DNA of 64,000 nucleotides from Paraspadella gotoi (taxonomy: Eukaryota; Animalia; Chaetognatha): assembly GCA_051294375.1 (NCBI GenBank), contig CM119268.1, forward strand, positions 19,689,820 to 19,753,819, given 5' to 3'. Positions 26,104 to 40,040 of the stretch are shown here, piece after piece (position 1 is the first letter of the stretch; the number at the start of each line of letters is the position of its first letter). Below the pieces are notes generated by a model. That model saw only the letters and a list, made by a program, of their open reading frames with translations, did no database searches and was not told the origin of the DNA. Position numbers and translations under genes: made by a program.

Positions 26104-27508
26104 CGAGCGCCTAGAGGAGGTAAGGGAAAGAGGGCGCGACCCGCAATGAAGGTAGACGTTTCCTTTATCGAAAGTCGGAATAATGGAAGAAGAAAAAGAA
26201 GGGAAGAGGAGGAGGAATAGTTGGTAGTCTATGTGATGAGAAAAAAAAGAGAAGAGAGAAAAGAAGGGCAAAAGATAAAAAGTATAAAAAAGTCATGCTA
26301 ATTTCGTTTCTTTCTACTAGTATTTTTATTATTATCATTGTTTTTAATATTAATATTATTTGATCTGCTCTGGTAGTCTGTTTTAGTGGGAAGGTACACT
26401 GTGTCCCAATGGTTAGATATGTCCGCTCCGCGCTTAAAAAAAAAAATCCGAAAGAACGAAGCGGTTTCTGATAATTTTGGTTCCCTAGCAATTTTTGCAC
26501 CAAGTAGCTGGCAGCTAAATATTACAAAACCACAGGAATGATTGTCTTGAAACTGCAGTGTTTGGGCTTATCCCATAGCCGCCGGAACAAAAAAACAAAT
26601 CCATAAAGGTCTTGACTAAAAAAATACTGAAAATAAACACGACGCTTGTCTGAATTTTTTTAAAATTTTTTTATTTTGCGGTATTTACTGTATAAGTCAA
26701 TTAAATATTACAAGCGGTCATGCAACTGTTCGCGAAATTCCTGGTTGGGTTTAGCCTAACTTTCAAGCACATAACAAAAAAAAATAAATTGACGCAATAC
26801 GTAAGAAATAATGAGCAATTAAATCGATTGCAATTTTTAATTTTTTTTTTTCTCAAAATTTTTGTTGTCATTATTTTGGTTTCTTACTGTTTTTTTCCAA
26901 ACATCCCTTGTAAAATTATAAAATACAAGATTAGGTGTAATGAACTACAAGCTTAAGGTACAATTCATTGGCCGAGAAGACACCAAAGAAACAATTCATT
27001 GATATACATAGGGTAATCACATCATGGAGCACCTTGAAATAATTATTATTTTTCTATATTCCTTGCAATTATATACCCCGCTTTATTGAATAAAAGCCTT
27101 GTATTTAAAAAAAATAAAGAACAACAATTTTAAAAATACCTCATAACAGCTACATAAATTTGGCGGTGTTATTTAAAAGATTGTTATGCTTTTTTTTAAA
27201 ATATAGAGAGAGAGAGAGAGAGACGCCCTAGAGGAGGTAAGGGAAAGAGGGCGCGACCCCGAATGAAGGTAGACGTTTCCTTTATCGAAAGTCGGCGATA
27301 ATGGAAGAAGAAAAAGAAGGGAAGAGGAGGAGGAATAGTTGGTAGTCTATGTGATGAGAAAAAAAGAGAAGAGAGAAAAGAAGGGCAAAAGATAAAAAGT
27401 ATAAAAAGTCATGCTATTTCGTTTCTTTCTACTAGTATTTTTATTATTATCATTGTTTTTAATATTAATATTATTATGATCTGCTCTGGTAGTCTGTTTA
27501 GTGGGAGG

Positions 27509-28314
27509 TACACTGTGTCCCAATGGTACTGTCTGTTAAGAAAAACTTACTTTACCAGATCGAAAAACTTTCATTCATTATAATAAATTATAATAAATAT
27601 TTTAAAAATTGAACAAAGCAAACTCCTGTAGTTATTACATAAACCAATTAGTAAAAATATTTTTCCAGTGATTTTTAAAAAAAAAATTTAAATGATACAT
27701 TTTTTATTATTTATCAAATATTTTTTATAATATTGATTAAATAATGTTTTAAATATTTTCTTTAGATGCAGGACAGTAAGAAACTACTTTTTTTTAGCTC
27801 CAGAGCTTTTATTATGCAGTAATCATTTTTTAAAAAATTATCTACTTACCTTGTTCATATTACTTTTTTGAATAAATAACAACCATTTTGTTCTGGCTTA
27901 ATGATTCAATTGATCACAATTTCAAATAATAAATTTAAATATCAAATTAATTGGCATATTTTTATAAACTTTTATAATGTTTTTAATATTTGTTTATTTC
28001 TTTTTATTAATGCACTTATTTTATACAAATTAAAATTTAAATAATTTATATCTATTCAAAATATTTTTTACATACTTTTTTAATAAAATTTTTTTAAAGT
28101 AAAAAAATTATCTAAAAATAAAAAAAGTAAGAAATGATGACTCATTTAAATTGAATGTTCTGCAAAGAAAAATTGATAAAAATTGAATTCGAAATATGGT
28201 ATCATAAATGGTAAGAAATTATCTTTGGCATTGTTATCTCAGAAATAACATTTAATAACAAAGTTCCGCACAATATGTCGAAGTTAACCGACAGTACCAT
28301 TGGGACACACTGTA
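27509..28314. mobile_element. TA-flanked MITE (Tc1/mariner-like)
   Basis: TA-CACTGTGTCCCAATGGTACTGTC ... GACAGTACCATTGGGACACACTG-TA. Confidence 0.8.
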
Positions 28315-28339
28315 AATGTACCGGGTAGTTACTGACATC

Positions 28340-28425
28340 AATCCTGTGCTACGAATCAGGATCGAACTCCGGACCAAAAGGAGAATGGCAGACGATTTAA
28401 CAACGGGTCCAACGGGAAACAGCTA
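28340..28425 (-). mobile_element. tRNA-derived SINE head
   Basis: Minus strand GTTGGACCCGTTGTTAAA..GGTCCGGAGTTCGATCCTG has a B-box motif. Confidence 0.4.
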
Positions 28426-28766
28426 ATCTTCTCTTCGTCCACAAATGTTGTTCTTTTGTCGAATGCTACCAGTTTAAGGAGAAACTACTAGCACTTTTGT
28501 TTCAAAGACATAGATACTAAGGTAAGAAGAAGAATACTAGTTCAAAGTGCGTTTAATTTTTATCTCGCCCGTCCTGGATAGATTTGGTTTCGGCTCAGCT
28601 TCTTTGTGACGTTGTCGTCGTCATCGGCGTCACGCTTTTTTTCTTATATAGTTTTGATTGGGCTTACAATTTTGTTTATTTTTAAATAACAAGTTTGAGC
28701 AAACACTGTCGGATCTGCCCACGATCATTATCGGTAATTAATTAATTAATTAATTAATTGAAGAAG

Positions 28767-29558
28767 TTTTTAGTCGGATCTGCTTATCAGCAGATCCCGA
28801 CTCTGTAATTCACTTTGTCGGTCCGTCGGTCCGCCCCCTCAATATTGTCGGGCACTAACTTATATCATGTCAGAACATCGAATTATGATAAATTATGCAA
28901 AAAAAATGATGTCCGTCCATCCGTCCGTCCCACCTTAACAAAAAACACCAATTACTCGTGATTGGATGGATGGATGTGAATGAAATTTTTTGTGTGGGTA
29001 AGGAAGTGTGTGATTGAGCTGGATATAAAGTTTCGATGGAATCGTCTGAGTGGAAATGAGTTTAAATGGAAAAAACAAAAAAAATAAAGAATAAATAAAA
29101 TAAAAAAATAAAGAACACTAATTGCTTATGAGTGGATTGGAGTGACTTGGAATTTTGTATGGGAGTAGGAAAGTGTATGATTGAACAGGAATCAAAGTTT
29201 CGATGGAATCGTTTGAGTGGAAATGAGTTTAAATGAAAAAAATATGAGTCACATTTACTTGACTCTTTTTACTTATTTTAACCCATAATAGATTGAGATG
29301 AAATTTTGTGAGCGGGAAGGAAAGTTTGTGAAGAAGCTAGATATAAAGTTTTGACGGAATTGTGCCAGTGGAAATGAGTTTAAATGGAAAAATATAAGTC
29401 ACATTTACTTTATTTTAAGGACATCGATGATGATAAGCTGTATATAAATTTATAATTAATTATTAAATATTAAAATTAATTAATTAATTAATCGATTAAT
29501 TAATTAATTAATTTTCGTAGGCAGATCCGACATTGTTTGCTCAAACTTTTTTTTTTTT
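28767..29558 (+). mobile_element. Full HINE family A copy, next to an opposite-strand 3' fragment (28688-28760)
   Basis: TTTTTA-GTCGGATCTGC-ttatca-GCAGATCCCGAC head, (GTCC)n, 3' GCAGATCCGAC-ATT-GTTTGCTCAAAC-T-run. Confidence 0.85.
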
Positions 29559-31339
29559 CACGCGTTTACGACGTTACCCAACCGTGAAGTTTGACGACGG
29601 AGAATTATGAAATTGGTAAAACCAATATACAAATTATCCATTCATTTAATAAATAAGCTATCTTGCCCCTGACTTTGGACAAGCTTTGGTGGTTTAAGGC
29701 CTCCATCACTCTTACAAGATAATTACATAGCAGGTCCCTGCAAGCTTTCAATCAAGACTCTCTCACAGTCCCGTTTATTCACTCCCAGAGTACCTGGCTT
29801 CCCTATCAATGAATTGGAAAATATTTCAAAGAATGTTTCAATTGTATGAAAAGACTACTCCATTACGTTCGACGGCGTCGTCGCTAGTCCGAGGATCCCT
29901 AATCGCAATCTGAAAAGCCAGTCCTGAAGGCGCCGCCGATCCTTACGTCCGTCGAAGGCGTTGCAAGGGCCTTCGATTAATGGAAACGTCAACTCGTTCG
30001 GCACCCAGAGCCCGACCAGGTGGATCTTCTTCCCGGTGGAATCCGCAAACTCCGCCGAGGATTAGAGAGCCTTCGACGAAGCACTTGAGCAGGGTGTTCC
30101 GCAAACGAAGACTTCTAATGTATTGAACTAAGTTCGGAGAAGTGGCCGTCTTTGAATCTCAACTGTCTGGACTAATTCTGCGCATTGAAGACCAAATGAA
30201 ATCGGGTATAAAATGGCGCAGAAGAGACGATGGCCGCCGGTCAAGACGCCCTGGAGAAGCTGACGACAAGTGCTCAGTAGACAACGTCGGCTAAGACCGA
30301 AAGGACGACTGTCTACGAGCCAGGATTTGACGAAATGTCTGTAGTAAGTCTGATGCTGTAGCTGCTTGTAGTCTTAGAAGTTGAAGTAGTAGTCGTTGTT
30401 AGAAGTCCTGGCGCAAGGAATAACAAAACATTTAGTACAAACTCAGCAAATATATATAAATTTAAGTGTCTTTCTTAACTTGTTTCTGAGCCAATATTAA
30501 CCAAAAAGAGATGCTTCTCTTCATAGAAAAGTCCACCAAACAACGATCACACAAAATAAGATTCCGAGTATTAAAATAAGAGTTTCTATGCTCTGAAAAA
30601 GAACTAAAAACCAGTGACAACTTTGAGATCTGAAGATGCCACGTGGCCAGAATTCGATTAGAATCTTAATCGAAATCCATCGCAAATCACGGGGCACTAA
30701 TCAGAATGCCTGTACACTGCCTCGGAATTCTGTACTTAAGTATAAACAAAAAGAAGAGCCTAAAGATGTCGTGTCGATCGTTAGAATGGAAGCATTTTCG
30801 ATGTCAGTAATAAAGAGCAAAAGAGCAACGGGGAAAAGGTAGAGAAGCTGAATTTCCTGCGTAATATTAGAGATAGTTTTTTCCGTACAAATGTCATACT
30901 CAGGATAACATGCTTTTTTATTATTCACTCTGTTCTTCTCTCAAGTTTCTATTGGCTTTTAGATAACATATTGCACAGACTTTCTCTCGATTATCTATAT
31001 GACCAGGGCCCGGATTAGGCTCAATTCCAGCCACTAATAAAAGCAATAAAATAAGTTGCTTAGGATTCTATATGAGACATATTTTTTTTCGGTAAAGAGT
31101 ATTATATTGTCGCTGAAAGTTGAATAGTGCTATAATCCTAAAAACAAAACGGAGTAAGACAACGCAATTACTAAAATACGGAATTTAATTACCTTGAACA
31201 TCCTGACTGATGACACCTGATGTAATCTTCTTTTAGTTGAATGGTATAAATAAAAGAAGAAAAATTATTATTGCCATGATAAGGTAGTAAAAATTTCAGT
31301 ATAAGCTCCTTCAAGAAGATTGAAGAGAAGGAAAAAAAA

Positions 31340-31383
<44 letters not shown>

Positions 31384-32087
31384 GAGAAATGGAGGATAAA
31401 GAAAGAGAGCACGCAAAAGATAATAAGAGAGAAAGATAGACAGGGAATAAAGAGAGAGAGGCAAAGACAGAGAGGAGAAAAGACAGAGAAAAAATTAATA
31501 AAAAAGGAAAGGGAGAGAGAGTGAGAAGAGAGAGAGACAAGGAGAGAGTAGTTTTTAAAAAAATCTTCCTGCTTCCTAAAAGGGTAATTCTGGCACCCTA
31601 TACTGTCGTGTTCATTACAGATGTAGAAAATACACGACGCATCTCTCTGATTGTAATTACTGTTTCTTGTTTGTAAAATTAAGTTATTTTTATAAATAAC
31701 TCAAACTGCAAATCGTAGAAAGTTGAGAGTGGTTTAAATTAAAGCTCTTGTCGCGTAGATAATGTTTGATATATAACAATATAATTTTATGTGATATTTG
31801 TAAAATTAAGTTCTTGGTTCAGAGGTAAGTTCAAAAAAAAAAACTTTAACTACTTTTTAAAAAAAAACCTGCCTTTACCGGAATTTGCTAACCTATCACC
31901 AGGGAGTGCCTCATAGGTGTACTTTAAAATTTTGCAGGTTTCCAAGAGTGGCACTTTTTGTTTCCTTTTACTATCATCTCTGCCCTACCGTGATGACTGA
32001 AGTATGATCCTGCTCAACAAATGACGTCCAATTTTGGAATCCTTTGGCAAAGTGTCTGAAGGGCTCTCAAAATTTTTCTTTACATTT

Positions 32088-33846
32088 TTATCGAGCCATG
32101 ACCGGCGAAGCCGGTTCAGGCTCTATAATGTTTTAGGATTGCTTCTTTGTGACGTAGTCGTCGTCGTCGTCGGCGTCGTCGTCGTCGTCGTCGTCGGCGT
32201 CACGCTGTTTTTATATAAAAACTACTGCGCTTTTATAGTTTTGGCTGGGAGTTACCGTTTTTTTTAAAATAAAAATTATTATGAATTACAATGAAGTATT
32301 ATAAAAGTGTGCCATCATAATAAGTTAAAAATTTAGATATGGCTTCTTATCTTGAAATAGCTTTGATATTTTCTTATTACATTTGTTGTTTGAATTTTGT
32401 TGTTTGAATTTCCACTTCATTATGATTTACTGCAATATGCAAATGAGATTATAGTACTCATTATAATATCCAAATTAGTATATATATATATATTGCAGTA
32501 TTTAATATTGAAGATGAAATTCAAAAAAAATTTTTTAAATCTATAATAAAAATGGGAACTCCAAATAACTTTTTAATGAGAAACTATATCTTAATTTTAA
32601 TAAAAATAAAAATAAAATCTTTTACAAGCTGCGATTGGAAAAAATTGTAAACATTTCCAATTGTAAACCATTGTAACATTTTTTGCCTTTCTTTTATTTA
32701 TTTTTTAATTATATATACTTTTTTTTCAGGCGCTGCCTTTTCTGAATCGTTTAAAAACGAGATCAGTCTCTATCTGTCTCTCTTTGTGTGCGTCAGACTC
32801 TCTCTGTACGATCTCTTGCATGATCGTTCGTTTTTTGAAAAATTCTGATTATTTTTTTCTTTTTAAAAAAAATATATATTTGATCAGGCGTTGCCTTTTC
32901 TGAATCGTTTAAAAACGAGTTCAGGCTCTCTCTCTCTCTCCCTCCGTCTCCTTCCCTCTCTCTCTTTATTTTACAAAAAAAAATTATTCACTTTTTTTCA
33001 CCACCGATTTTTGAAAAATTATTATTATTTCTTTCCTTCTAAAAACTTTTATTATCGCCATTTATATAATATAATATAATATAACAATCTAAAATTTCAT
33101 TCAAGATAAATTTTTTTTTTAAGAGAGGGAAATGAAATTTATTTGAATAAGTAAAAAAAATATTTTGGAAGTCAAAAATATCATAGTTCGTTAACTGATT
33201 ATTGTCAACTATATATTTTGTTAATAGAGATTATAATTTTTTGACCGTTATTATTGAAAATAGTTTAGCCTTATAGCGACGAGTTTTCATTTCATACAAT
33301 CAATATCAATCTCATTAATTTTCAATATTATGCAAAAAAATAAGGTTTTCAACTCATTTTTGAACTAGATGAAAAAAAAAATAGAAAGTTAATTGATGCT
33401 AATAAAACAATTTTATTTTTATCACGCCACTTTTTTCTTAATACAAAATCCCAAATTTATTCCGAGATTTTCGTGGATTTTTTTTTTTCCTTCTAAAAAC
33501 TTTTATTATTATTTTATTATTCTCTCTAATTTCTCTCTCAATTCAACTCTCTGTCGCGCTCTCTCTCTCTCTCTCTCTCTCCGAATTAACTCATCACGTC
33601 AATGAATACTAGCATCGCATCAATGAATGACTATCATCGCATCAATGAATGAATCATCGCATCAATGAATGATTATCATCCGATCAATGAAGAACTATCA
33701 TCGCATCAATGAATGATTATCATCGCATCAATGAATGACTATCATCGCATCAATATTTGGTTATCATCGCATCAATATTTGGTTATCATCGCATCAATAT
33801 TTGGTTATCATCAAAGTAGGCTCGATCCTTATTGCTTTTAAGATTT
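32088..33846 (+). mobile_element. HINE-like element family B inserted in a T-run without TSD
   Basis: Sub-TIR ATCGAGCC (32090), hairpin ACCGGCGAAGCCGGT, inverted copy GGCTCTAT (32119), (GTC)n, ~22-bp tandem repeats at 33610-33812, 3' sub-TIR GGCTCGAT (33819); flanks rejoin to match the empty site at 12045-12150. Confidence 0.75.
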
Positions 33847-34800
33847 TATTTGATATATTTGATATGATACGATCATGGGAAAGTGAATTAGAGTCAAGAT
33901 TCGGGAAAAATCTTCTATGGCGAAAATCTTCCAAAGCATCTTCCGAAGATTTTGGTTAATATTTTCTATATTTATGGTCGGATTTTTTTGAAACTTAATA
34001 TTAACAATATTGCCGTCATTCTACCTTGGCCGGTATAAGAATATATTAAAAAAACCTCGGGCTTTGTTCATCAGAGCTTAGTCCTACGCTAATGTTAATT
34101 ATTTTAGGAAGGAAAATAAAAAAGGGGGAAAAAGGGGGAGCATGGGAAGAAAAAAAAGGGAAGGAGGAACCAGAGAAAAAAAGGAGGAAAGAATAGGAAG
34201 AAAAAAAATATGAGGGAAAAAATGGCGTCGCGGATGAATTAATCTTTGTTTTCCGGGAGCAAAGAGGAATTTTCGGTTTTCGAGAGGAATAAAGAGATTC
34301 AAGCCCTCCGTTGCCAGAAGGAAGAGGAAAAGGAGAAAAGAGAGTGTATGAATGAGTCCGTCCTATTCCTCGTAAAAGACAGTTTTGTGACGGGCGGAAA
34401 AGTCCTAAGTATCTATCATGTGGCCTAGAATATCTGGTAAGAAAAAGAAAAAAGAGTGAAATTTTCTAAAGGAAAGAAAAGAGGCATCTATCTGCAGAAA
34501 CGGTAATAACAAAAGGCAAACAAATAAATGGGGGAAAAGGGGGACATATCTCTACAGAGAGAAAAGGAAAGAAAAGGAGGAAAGAATGGGAAGGTGAAAA
34601 TTGAAGAAGAGAAAAAGTAGGAAAAGAAAAGAGAAAAGAAGTGAAAGGTGAAAAGATAAGTAGAGGAAAGGGAGTAAAGGAAGGAGAAAAGAAGAAAAAA
34701 GTGAAAAGAAAAGAAGAGGTAAGGGAAAAAAGAAAAGACGGTTAAAAAGAGAAGAAGATGAAAGGGAGTAAAGGAAGGAAAAGGAGGAAAGAATAGGAAA

Positions 34801-34810
34801 NNNNNNNNNN
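34801..34810. other. Assembly gap in purine-rich low-complexity tract (~34560-35040)
   Basis: Run of N. Confidence 1.
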
Positions 34811-35711
34811 AAGAAGAAGAGGAAATGGAGTAAAGGAAAGGAGAAAAGAAGAGAAAGGTTAAAAGAGAAGAAGAGGAAAGAGAGGAATGGAAAGATAAGA
34901 ATAAAAAGAGGAAGGTGAAAAAAAAGAAAAAGAAGAAAGAAAAAAAGGGAGGAAGGGGAGAAAGAGGAAAAAGGAAAAAGGAGAAAAAGGAAGAAGTAGA
35001 GGAAAGCGCAAAGAAAGGAAGTGGAAGATAGGGAGGAAGGATAGTTAAACATGATATAAATTGTTAAATGTAGTATTATGTTTTACTGGCTTTGTTTTAT
35101 ATCAAGACCTTTACCGATTTTCTTTGTTTTCGCAAAGGAAGATACCTAGGACATTAGAGGTTCAAATACGAATAAAACTTTTTTAATTTATTTGTTGGGG
35201 TCAGGTGCAAATATTGTAAAATATAGCAATTAACGGACATTTTCTAGTAGAGGATCAGTTTTAAAATGATCAATATTGTACCAGGACCATTATTTATAGT
35301 ATTTTTTGCATTAGAAATGAGTTCAACGATTGTCTTAGAGTAGGAAACTTGTAATAAATTTAAAAATATTCCTTAGTATTTACAGTAAAATACCATAAAA
35401 ATACAAGTTTTAGATACTAAAAACCATGTACTATCAAAAACCATTCGTATTTTGCTAGTATTTAAAGCGCTACTGGTGCAACTTTCGTCATGAACCAAAA
35501 AAACGGGAAAAAATTTCGATCGCTCGAATTTTTTTTCTTCGCGAAGCGACATATCTATTACAAACTGGGGATAGTGCCTGAATCTAGATTCAGATTTCCA
35601 AAAAACTTTCACTTGGCTCAGCCCATACAATGCCGGAGATTTGGAAATACGACAAATAAATCGTAAAAATCTCCACGCCGCCGAAATGCGCGAATCATTC
35701 TCCAAATTTCA

Positions 35712-35916
35712 TCGCCGACTTCGCCGCCAATTTTTGCCGCCGATTTCGATGGCGATTTCGCCACCGATTTCCCCAACCGATTTCCCCGCCGACTTCGCCG
35801 CGCACCTCGCCACCAAACCTCGCCGCCGATTTCCCCGCCGATTTCCCCACCGACTTTGCCGCGACTTCGCCGCCAACTTCGCCGCCGACCTTTGCGCCGA
35901 CTTTGCCGCGGACTTT
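35712..35916. repeat. 12-bp GC-rich tandem repeat
   Basis: About 17 copies of GCCGA(C/T)TTC(G/C)CC; produces the overlapping ORFs at 35618-35959. Confidence 0.85.
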
Positions 35917-37069
35917 GAATTGATGATGAATTATTAGTTGAAGCAAAATTTGTAGGCATTTTCGCGAAAAAACTTATGGTTTTTGTTTTTTATTTTCATT
36001 TTTTTTAAAGAATTTCAAACAAGGAATTTCAAAAAAAGAATTTAAAAATTTTTTTTGTTTGCGTAGTTTTTACTTAAATTGGACCTGCGGAAATAACCGG
36101 GATGCGAGGTCACAAAATATTTCAATGAGAGCTAAAAAAATTAGTATTATTTAATAATTTTAATTCTGGAGCGTAATAAAAAAGCGAGGGTAAATCTTTC
36201 ATTTGTCATGGGTGAGATCAATTTTATCAATTCCAAACTTTTATGCTGTACATTATTATTAAAGCCTCTATCCAGGAAATTTATTTACTTTTGTCAATCT
36301 GTGTCTTTTTCTCTCTGGTATTGTCATTATCGAAGTGTACACTACGGCGAAAAAAAACCCACACTTTTCACATCGAAAGGAACGTATTGGCTCCGCGAAT
36401 TTTACAGAGATAGAGGATACATAAAAAATAAGAGCCTATTAAACGTACTAAAGGGATTGGTACAAGCTCCCAATAAAAATCGAGCAAAAAGCGTTTGTGA
36501 AAGTTATACGATTCGGGTACAAAATATCTCCAAAAAAATTACCGATTAGTTTTTCGTCAAAAGAGTCCCAATAAACTTTTCCCTATTAAAATAACATCTG
36601 TGTTTATATATGTAATGAGAATGTTAAATTTCCTCTGAATGACCAATCGAACCCTAGCTTTATAAAAAAGCTATATTTTTTTAAACATTTTTCTTAAAAT
36701 TTAAAAAGAAATAGTTCTACCAATTTGATAATAAAAAATGAAAAAACAATACAAATTTGTAAAAAATGATAGCCATGTTAATGTATTAGATATTTTAGCT
36801 TTTTAACAAATATTTTTTATTATCCACAGAATTCTGTATAAACAACTATCAAAACAAATTAAACATATTTATTAATTGTTTTAAAAAAATAGTTATATTA
36901 AATTGTTTAAGCTACTCTTTTGCCTTATATTCAACCATTCGATGACGTCATTAATCTCATTAGCATATTCGAGTCACCGCATTTTATTACTAACCTTTGA
37001 GCATAAATTGACGATACGGGTTGGTGATCTAATTCCATATTAAATATGGTTTTCTGTATTCATATCTCT

Positions 37070-37169
37070 NNNNNNNNNNNNNNNNNNNNNNNNNNNNNNN
37101 NNNNNNNNNNNNNNNNNNNNNNNNNNNNNNNNNNNNNNNNNNNNNNNNNNNNNNNNNNNNNNNNNNNNN
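37070..37169. other. 100-N scaffold gap
   Basis: Run of 100 N, true size unknown. Confidence 1.
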
Positions 37170-39797
37170 TCAATATAATGCAAAATATTGGCAAATAAAT
37201 TAAAATCTGTACTGTCTTATCTCAACAGTAGTATTTATTTGTACATAAGGTTATATTTTTTTGGAAAGGATATGAATAAACAAATAATATAATTATAGTA
37301 ATTAATATGATTAGTATAAAAAATTATTATTAAAGTATTATCCTTCGCGTCATTCAGAAAAAAATAGTGTTATTAAAATTTTAACACAGATCTGGGAAGA
37401 TTCAAATATAAAACTAAGAAAATGATAAAAGAAAATAGTTATGGTTTTTACTAAAAAAATAGTATTGTACAAAGATATGCCTCATAAAAACTATGCAACC
37501 CGTCTCGTGGCTTCGCCGCTCGCCGTTAGCATGTTCGCCATTCTCTTTCATTCAAGATTTAGTTCAACCTACGGCTGACGAATCAAACCATTCAGATAAG
37601 TCTTTGTGGAAAATATATTGCCTCATAAACCTTTTCCAGATATCCAACAGAACCAGATAAAAATTACTACTCACTGATGCATTTGCATTAAGAGTTTGAT
37701 CAATAAAAAGTATTGACCCTTTTATGAACTTCAGAACAAGGAGGAGATGGCAAAGTTACTCCTCAATTTTGAGGAAGGAAAAAAAATCTGGATTCTTAAA
37801 ATATTAAATGGGAAATCAGTAATGTAATCCGTAATATAATTTCTTTCCATTTTTTTTTATCTAGAATATATAATTTTCTCCTTCTATCACTCGTGACCCA
37901 ATAAGTACAAATTTCTCTCTTTACGTCAATTTTTGCTGAGGTTCAATTAATGTTTTACCAAGAAATGGCTTTGTTTTCATTCGTTTTTATGACCGAATCA
38001 CGATCGTCCGTCTGAAACTTATTTCTACGAGTTTTACTGTTTTCCTTCCTTTCATTAAACATACCTTTTAAAACTCTTGTCAGCTCATTTTTGGACGGGG
38101 GACGCTTGAACGTTAGTTTCGCTACGAGATAGATAGAATTCTTCTTTAAGAGGAGAGAGAGAGAGAGAAGAGACGAGAGAGAGAGATGAGAGAGAGATCC
38201 AGAGATCGACGAGAGAGAGAGAGAGAAAGAGGAAGTGAGAAAGAGAAAGAGAGAGAGAGTGAGAGAGAAAGAGTGAGTAACAAATATTATGCCTCGCCTC
38301 GGTTAGTTTTTGTCGCTTTCTTTTCTCTGCTACGTTTACCGGTCTTTTGTCGGTCATTTGAAAATATTCTATCTTTTTCCGAGTTGTTTTTTGACAATTA
38401 TGAAGTAGATCGTCCGTCCTCAACGAGTTTTAAGGTTTTTTTTATGGACATTGATACAAATTATTAAATTTTTATTTGTTACGAGATAGTCTCTCGGTTG
38501 TTTAATGCCCTTTTTATTCCATATTTTGCCATTACGAAATATCTGATTTTGGCTCTCCGATTGGTCCGTGCTTATGACTGTACCTTACCCAAAGATATAA
38601 AAGAGACGTGCTTACAGTGAAACTAGGAAGGGTTACCAATGATTCGTCGGTAAGCATTTAAAATGTTATTTTTATAATTTTATGATTAAGTTTTAAGTTG
38701 ACTATTTTTAATAATTTTTTCTCTTGTTATATTTAGAAATAGTTTCCCTTCTTGCTTCGTCTCACGCTCATGTTATGTTTATTACAATACAAATTATAAA
38801 ATTTATACTTTTAATTTTAATAAATGAAAAGCAAGTCATAATATACTAACTCGCTCATGGCATTACGGTAAAATCCTCAACACAAATATAAAATTTATTC
38901 AATGTTCTTCTCTACTCTTTATTCATCAATTTCCTCGTCATTCAGCATATATTCATAAAGAGATTATGATACACTTACAAGGGACGGACGACGCCTCGAA
39001 TGCCGATATCGCTGGGGTGAAATACAAAAGATATTTTACAGTGAGATATAAGTCGATTGTATGTCCGGTCAGGGGCTTTATTTCTTTCTCTCGCTCTCTT
39101 TTTAGATTGTTCGAAAATCTTAATGTATTTGCTTTTAAATATGTAAAATCTTCCATTGCCTTAACTGAGAGAACAACTTTTATGTAAAAAGAATAACAAA
39201 ACTAAAATTCGATGGTCACGTAACAAATTTCCACCAATCACAGATCGCAATTGAGGATTTTTTTAAAAATTGTAAAATCTTGCAGTAGATCCTGAATATT
39301 TTTTTGGCAAAATATTATTGTGAAACCAAATAAAACTATATTAGGGTAAAGGAATCACCCGACAGGCAACAATTTTGAAAAAATTATATGTGCATATGAT
39401 CCGCCTACTACTCATCTCCGGAGGATTTTCAAAACTCATTTTTACTATAGAAATGAAAGGGATTTCACTTTTTTAAAATTACAAACGGGATTACAGTATG
39501 TTAGCATTATAAATGGTACTTCAAATTATGAGATTCCAAAATCTCGTGTCCTATACCTTGCCTTTTTTACCTTTTTAGTATTGACCATTTTTTTCATATT
39601 AAACCATCCTGGCAAAGTGAATTGTCCGTTTTCATCACAAAATTTTTATTTAAAAAGAAATTGAGAAAAAAAACTAATTTTTCCTAATATCTTTTGAAGG
39701 AACAAAGATAAAGGGATGGCAATAGTATCAAAATAAAGCCATAATCATAGGGCACATACAAGATACAATTTTAGAATTATTTTTGCTGAAACCTCTT

Positions 39798-40040
39798 TAC
39801 AGGGTGAGTGTCAAACTAAGTCAAAATTATAATTAATTTTAAAACTAGTGACACCCCATAAAATAAATAAAAATTAAATTCTTTTTAATGATTCTGAAAG
39901 AAAAAAGGCTAAATTGTACTCTAGTAAAGCTTTAAAGTTTTTTGGATTAAGAAAATATAATTTTTTTTTCACTTAAATATTTGCTTGTCTGATTTTACAA
40001 GCATGCTTACAAAATTATACAAAATGTTATTCACCCTATA
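39798..40040. mobile_element. Short Tc1/mariner-like MITE
   Basis: TA-CAGGGTGA ... TCACCCTA-TA termini. Confidence 0.5.

Noticed and set aside
30500-30930. Host exons with hydrophobic segments
   Set aside because: No consistent splice and frame structure and no recognisable homology.
34552-35052. Phe/Leu/Ser-rich membrane protein ORFs here and at 5226, 17107, 25801, 31189, 52806
   Set aside because: Translations of GA/CT low-complexity tracts.
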